Below are positions 41,020 to 45,757 of a stretch of DNA of 45,757 nt, in pieces. This stretch comes from Lama guanicoe (Eukaryota). The stretch lies in contig MU053340.1 in the NCBI GenBank assembly GCA_013239625.1, positions 1 through 45,757 on the forward strand. The letters run 5' to 3'. The notes under the pieces were generated by a model. It was not told where the DNA came from and did no database searches. It saw nothing but the letters and a program-made list of their open reading frames with translations. The translations under genes were made by a program, and so were the position numbers. Position 1 is the stretch's first letter. Each line of letters begins with the position of its first letter.

Positions 41020-44000
41020 GCCAGGCCCAACCTGTGGACACATCATCCCATAATCACCACCCGCCTCGGTCCCAGCTGGCGCTGGGGTGCCTGGATAGCA
41101 TGTCTTCTGACCCCCAAACAGCCTTTGGGGTGGGGGCACCTCTCACCCCCATGACTCAGATGGAGAAACTGAGGTAAGAGGACATGGCTGCTTGTTTACC
41201 CCACCCCCCCCACAAATACTCGATCTTCTAAATCTGTGGAAGAACTCACTCAGGTCACTTAGCAAAGAAGAGGCCAAGAGAACTTGACATTTTCTATTTT
41301 GGGTCACCTTTTCCACCTTTCTTTTAATAAGAACAGTGTAATGTTATATGCCTGGAGCAGAGTAAGTGGTAGCCATTTCGGGTTCCTTCCTTTTCTCTTG
41401 ACCATCTGGCTAAATCCTGGTGGCCTTCTTGGAGGAGGAAGCTAGGAAGGAGCAAGGTTTAGTCCATATAAGTTGGGAGTCTGGCTTTTTTCCCAGGCCC
41501 TGGGTGGTGTGGGGAGCAGGGAGCTTTTTGGAGGCTTCACAGCCATGAAGGACATCCCATTAAAATTTGTTATCTCCAAGTGAGGTTATGTACACAGTTA
41601 CAGACACCGGGACAAGGAATGAAGTCAGAAAATGCTTGTCATGTAACTCTAACCTTTAGTGGAATTATTTCGATAACCTTTTTTTTTTTTGGTAATACCT
41701 TGGTATCCTCAAAAATGGAAATGTCCCTAGCCTTGGAGCTCCTCCTCTGCTCCAACACACCCTCTGGAAGGAGCTGGCTCCTCACAACCCTCATCAACAG
41801 CCAGCTCCAGGCTTCACCGGCCCCCACGCTCCCTGCCCCTCCCCCCACGACTTCCAGGTTCTCCGCTAGGGCCATAAATTATCCATGAGCTGTACGTTGG
41901 CTGCTTCTTCAACTGGAGGCTGAAGTGCTGATGAAATATGCAGAGATCTCAACTCTCAAATTCCCTGGGGTGCGCGGGACAGGACTAGGGAATCTGGGAT
42001 TAAAGTACAAGGCTGGGGGCCTCCAAAGCCTGGCCCCAGTTCCCACCGAGGTGGAGTCTGGGACAGGGAGAAAGGCCAGAGGGCGGGAGGAGGTGGGGGA
42101 AGTCTCTTTGCACAATTGATTGCTGTGGATCTGTGTAGTGCCCTTCTGGCTTAGAGGAAGTGAGGGGAGGTTACAGACTTAGACCCCAGAGGAGGGCTGG
42201 CCAGTCCCTCCCCCAGCCCTGGCTCTCTAATCTGGAGGTTTGCCTGAAGTCACACCTCCAGCTGACTTCTCACAAAGTTGGTTCTCATCTGCCTCCCCAC
42301 CTCCACTGCCAGGAGTGTGCTTGTGTGACCTTGGGGAAATTCCTCTCCTGGCTCCAGACTCAGTTTCCCCACGTATACAAAGAAGGGAGCCCTCATTAGA
42401 CTACTCCTTCTTCCCAAGGGCTCTCAACAGGTAGGGGAGAAATTCCTGCTGTGTGTGCGCGCGCACGCACAGACTCACACAGGCTGGTGTGCGGGCAGGG
42501 GAGGGGGTGGCCTCTCCGTGGGAAGGGCGCCTGTTGGGACAGGCACCTCTCCTGGCTTGTTGGGGGAGGGAGGGGCAGGCAGGCTGGAGGGCGGGTGGGG
42601 CCCCAGTTGTGTCAGCCAGTGGGTGGAGTCACCCAGGCCAGGAGCAGGAAGCGAGGTGACTCAAGTGGCAGAGCCTCGCCATCCCCTCAAGCCACTCAGG
42701 GCAGGGCAGGGAAGGGGTTGCTCGGAGACCCAGCTCCAGAATACAAGAATCGTGATGCTTGGGGCCCACCCTGATGGGCTCCTGAAGCTCTGAGATGGAA
42801 CCCTGGGGGGCTGGGTGCAGATAAGGGGGGGTGAGCCGGGAATAGACATTCTCTGGGGAGGTCCTGACCCTCCTCCACCTCCCCATCCACCACCACGGGC
42901 CCCTGGTATCTCGCCCTGGCCCGTGCTATTTCTGGCCCATTCTATCTCTGTTTTCTTGTCTCCCTGTTTTCCCTTTGACATTCCATCCCCGCCCACACGC
43001 CTTGCAGTGAAGTGTGGCTGGAGCTGCCTCTGTAATTAAGAGCCCTCCCCAGGCTGGCCGGGCACACACCCACAGGACCAGGCCGTGGGCAACCTCTGGT
43101 GTTGAGGCTCCTCCCCTGGACGAAGGGTGGCAAAAAATGGCAAGAGCACCCCCACCTTCCTGTCCGGGGCCTGCACCGTCCTGCCCTGCTCCTGCTCCCG
43201 CTGATGCCAGGGCCCACTCCAGCCAGAAGCCCTTGGGAGGCACTTCTGCCACCAATATCCTCTCCCCAGGCCTGAAAGGAACCCCCTGAGCAAGTCCCCC
43301 CACCCAAGCACCAGTGGGCAGGGGCAGCGGTGCAAAAGGAGTCCCATGGACAGAGATCTAAACAAGTTACGAGTCAAGCTAACTGTTAAGTAAGACACCG
43401 GACCAGTATACCTCCACAGGGACCCGAAAGGACAGATGGAATTGAGAATTCTGACTCCTCAGAAAGTGGCAGCCTCGGGGAAAACTGCTCCCTGGCCTCC
43501 AGCCCCTGGGCCATCCCCTTCACACCCCTGGCTCCCCCCACACCACAAAGGGCCTCCAGCATGCGTGTAGGCACCCCAGCTCGTGTGTCCCTGTCGTGTG
43601 CGTCCCTTTACCACAACTGCTCCTCATCACCTCTTTGCCTGAGTGTGTGCACACCAAGCGTTGCTGCTGTCCGAACAGGAGGAAGAGCCCAAGTAAGAGA
43701 CCCCCCCCCCAGGCCCCAGAAGCAGGGTCGGTGCCCGGCACGTCCCCGGGACGACTAGAGCAGGGGCCTTCTTAAGGGCAGGGACCCGGTACAGAGGCCC
43801 CCTCTCCGAGTCTAAGGCTGGCTCTGCCCCGTCTGCCACCGGGAATGGCTTGTTTGTGCTCCTTCCCCGCTGCTGTGACGCCAGGGGAGAGCGGCTGTGT
43901 GCTGAAAAGGGACCAGCATCAGCCTGAAGTTTAGCATCGCATCTGTTCATCAGGTCTCCCCACATGGAGGTGGCCATCCCCCCTTAGGCTGCAGAGGAGG

Positions 44001-45757
44001 GAAGAAGGGTGTGTGTGTGTGTATCTGAGTCTGATGGGGAGAGAGCATTGACAAGGCCGGCCTTTGCATATCTGGATCTGTGTCCCTGAGTATATCCGTA
44101 AGGGGTGTGTGCGTGCATATAGTGTGTGCAGATCAGTATGTCTGCCTGCCTCTGTCTGGGAAAGGGGACCCCACAGAGAAAGGGCTGGTTGTGAACACAC
44201 AGCAGAAACTCTTGCACCTCCTTATATGGCCCAGAGGACTCATGGAGGATGAGAGGAAGGGAGGTGAGCGGAGGAGGGCAGACTGGCTGCCTGTTCACCT
44301 TACCCAGGAAGCACCTCCCCACCCTCCCACCAGCTCCCCTCATTGGACCTCTCCTTGCCAGTAGCTCCTGTCTCTGGGATGACTTGGGTGCCCTTTCCTT
44401 CTTTACTCAGGGGCCCTAGAAAGCGGCAAGGTTGAATTAACCATATGTGTTCTTGGGGGCCCAAGGAGTCTGTTTCCACAGAGCTCCAGGCAAGAGAAAT
44501 GAGTTTAAACCACAGGGATGTGAATTGAGGCTAGACCCCAGAAGGAATTTACCAGTGTTAGAATAAGGAGACAAGAGTATTCATATAAGGGAGGCTGGAG
44601 AATCTCTTTTCCTGGAGATCTGTCAAACAGAGAAATCCCTGCCTTTAAAGGCTTGGAGGCAGGGGACTGGGTAAGATGGTCCTGTGGCCTTTTCCTTCAG
44701 GTTCAAGCTACAGAGAAGACTGTGGCCACAGAGACTCTCATCCCTCTCCCCGGCACCTCCTTGCCCCATGAGACCGCATCCCCTATACAGACAACTGATT
44801 CTAGTAAACATCACTTTCTGATTCTTTTCTGTATCCTACAGATGAATGAATACTCAGTGACTACCAGGCACTAGTAGGTGCTTAATAAATGTGCAGAGAA
44901 CCCCTTGGTCTGGGAGGCACAGCTCTTAGCCCAGTTATTCCTGCTGCTGTGGCAGTGCCTCCACCCAGTCCCAGCCTGAGCGCTGAGCTGTGGGGCCAGC
45001 TTGTTACGGCATGTTCCAGACTGACATTCAGGGCGCATTCTGGGGAGACACAGAAACACACAGATACACAGACTTTATTCTGAAGCCTTATTTCTGCCCC
45101 TCCAGCCCGGCCACGCTCTTCCACTCCTCTGCAGTCAACTAGCCCTGCTGCCTGTATGATGAAGTCAGGAGAAAGGAAGGGGTTAAGCCAGGCTTAAGCC
45201 TGGGAAGTGGGTGTGTGTCTGTGTTGTGTTTGTGCAGGGTGTGTGAAGTGGGCACGGGAGGATGGGAGGTGGGAGAGGAAGGAAGTGAAGCCCTGGTAGA
45301 GGCAGGAGCCTAGGACTGGGAGCTCTTTTCCTCCCAAGCTGGGGACTACATGGCAGGGTGGCAAGTGGGTGGGTGGAGCAGGGATAAGGTGGGGAGAAAG
45401 ATGCTGAGATAAACTGGAAGACGGGGAGTAAGGGAAACAAAACAAAGGGCAGTGGCCCTGGCATGTGGATGGTAACTGATCAGGGATGTTGATGTCTCCC
45501 TGGCCCCTTCTTGGATGGCACAAGCCTCAGAAGTGAGACTCTCACCATCATTCCTTTCTCTGGTGGAGACAGTCAAGAATGCTGCTGATGTACCTTCCCC
45601 CAGTGCATCTTGCATGCTAGCTTTGGGAATATAAAGCTTTTTTAAGGAGGGACCCTTTCCAGAACAACCACCTGTTCTGATACCGATGCACCCAGAGTGA
45701 CTAAGATGACCTATTTACACTTGGCTCTCTGGAAGCCCTTGGAGGGTTGGAGTCATT

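Noticed and set aside
40573..41154. ORFs spanning the N run
   Set aside because: Artefact of the assembly gap.
41020..45757. JUP exons at the right end
   Set aside because: No plakoglobin coding sequence or clear first exon recognised.

Overview
Mammalian genomic DNA, very probably camelid: it carries multiple tRNA-derived Vic-1-type SINEs and matching L1 3' ends. It has one 82-N assembly gap. From left to right there are four gene-like loci. (1) A disrupted RDM1 copy (minus strand; exons 1, 3, 4 and 5 found, frameshifts and a stop, exon 2 missing). (2) A 4-coding-exon LYZL6 c-type lysozyme-like gene with an open 148-aa frame but a rearranged cysteine pattern (minus). (3) A complete 10-exon FKBP10/FKBP65 gene (minus, 583 aa, ends HEEL). 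(4) Its head-to-head partner P3H4/SC65, an unprocessed pseudogene (plus; start lost, 5 stops, frameshifts, ~290-nt exon-1 deletion, apparent precise loss of intron 2). NT5C3B, normally just 3' of FKBP10, is absent and an RDM1-LYZL6 block sits there instead. The window therefore looks like a mosaic segmental duplication or rearrangement junction. It also holds three solo ERV LTRs with 4-bp TSDs (one inside the FKBP10/P3H4 bidirectional promoter) and two TSD-flanked non-repeat retrocopies. Gene identities come from my translation and recall of human proteins, not from database searches. Most ORFs in the supplied track are spurious.
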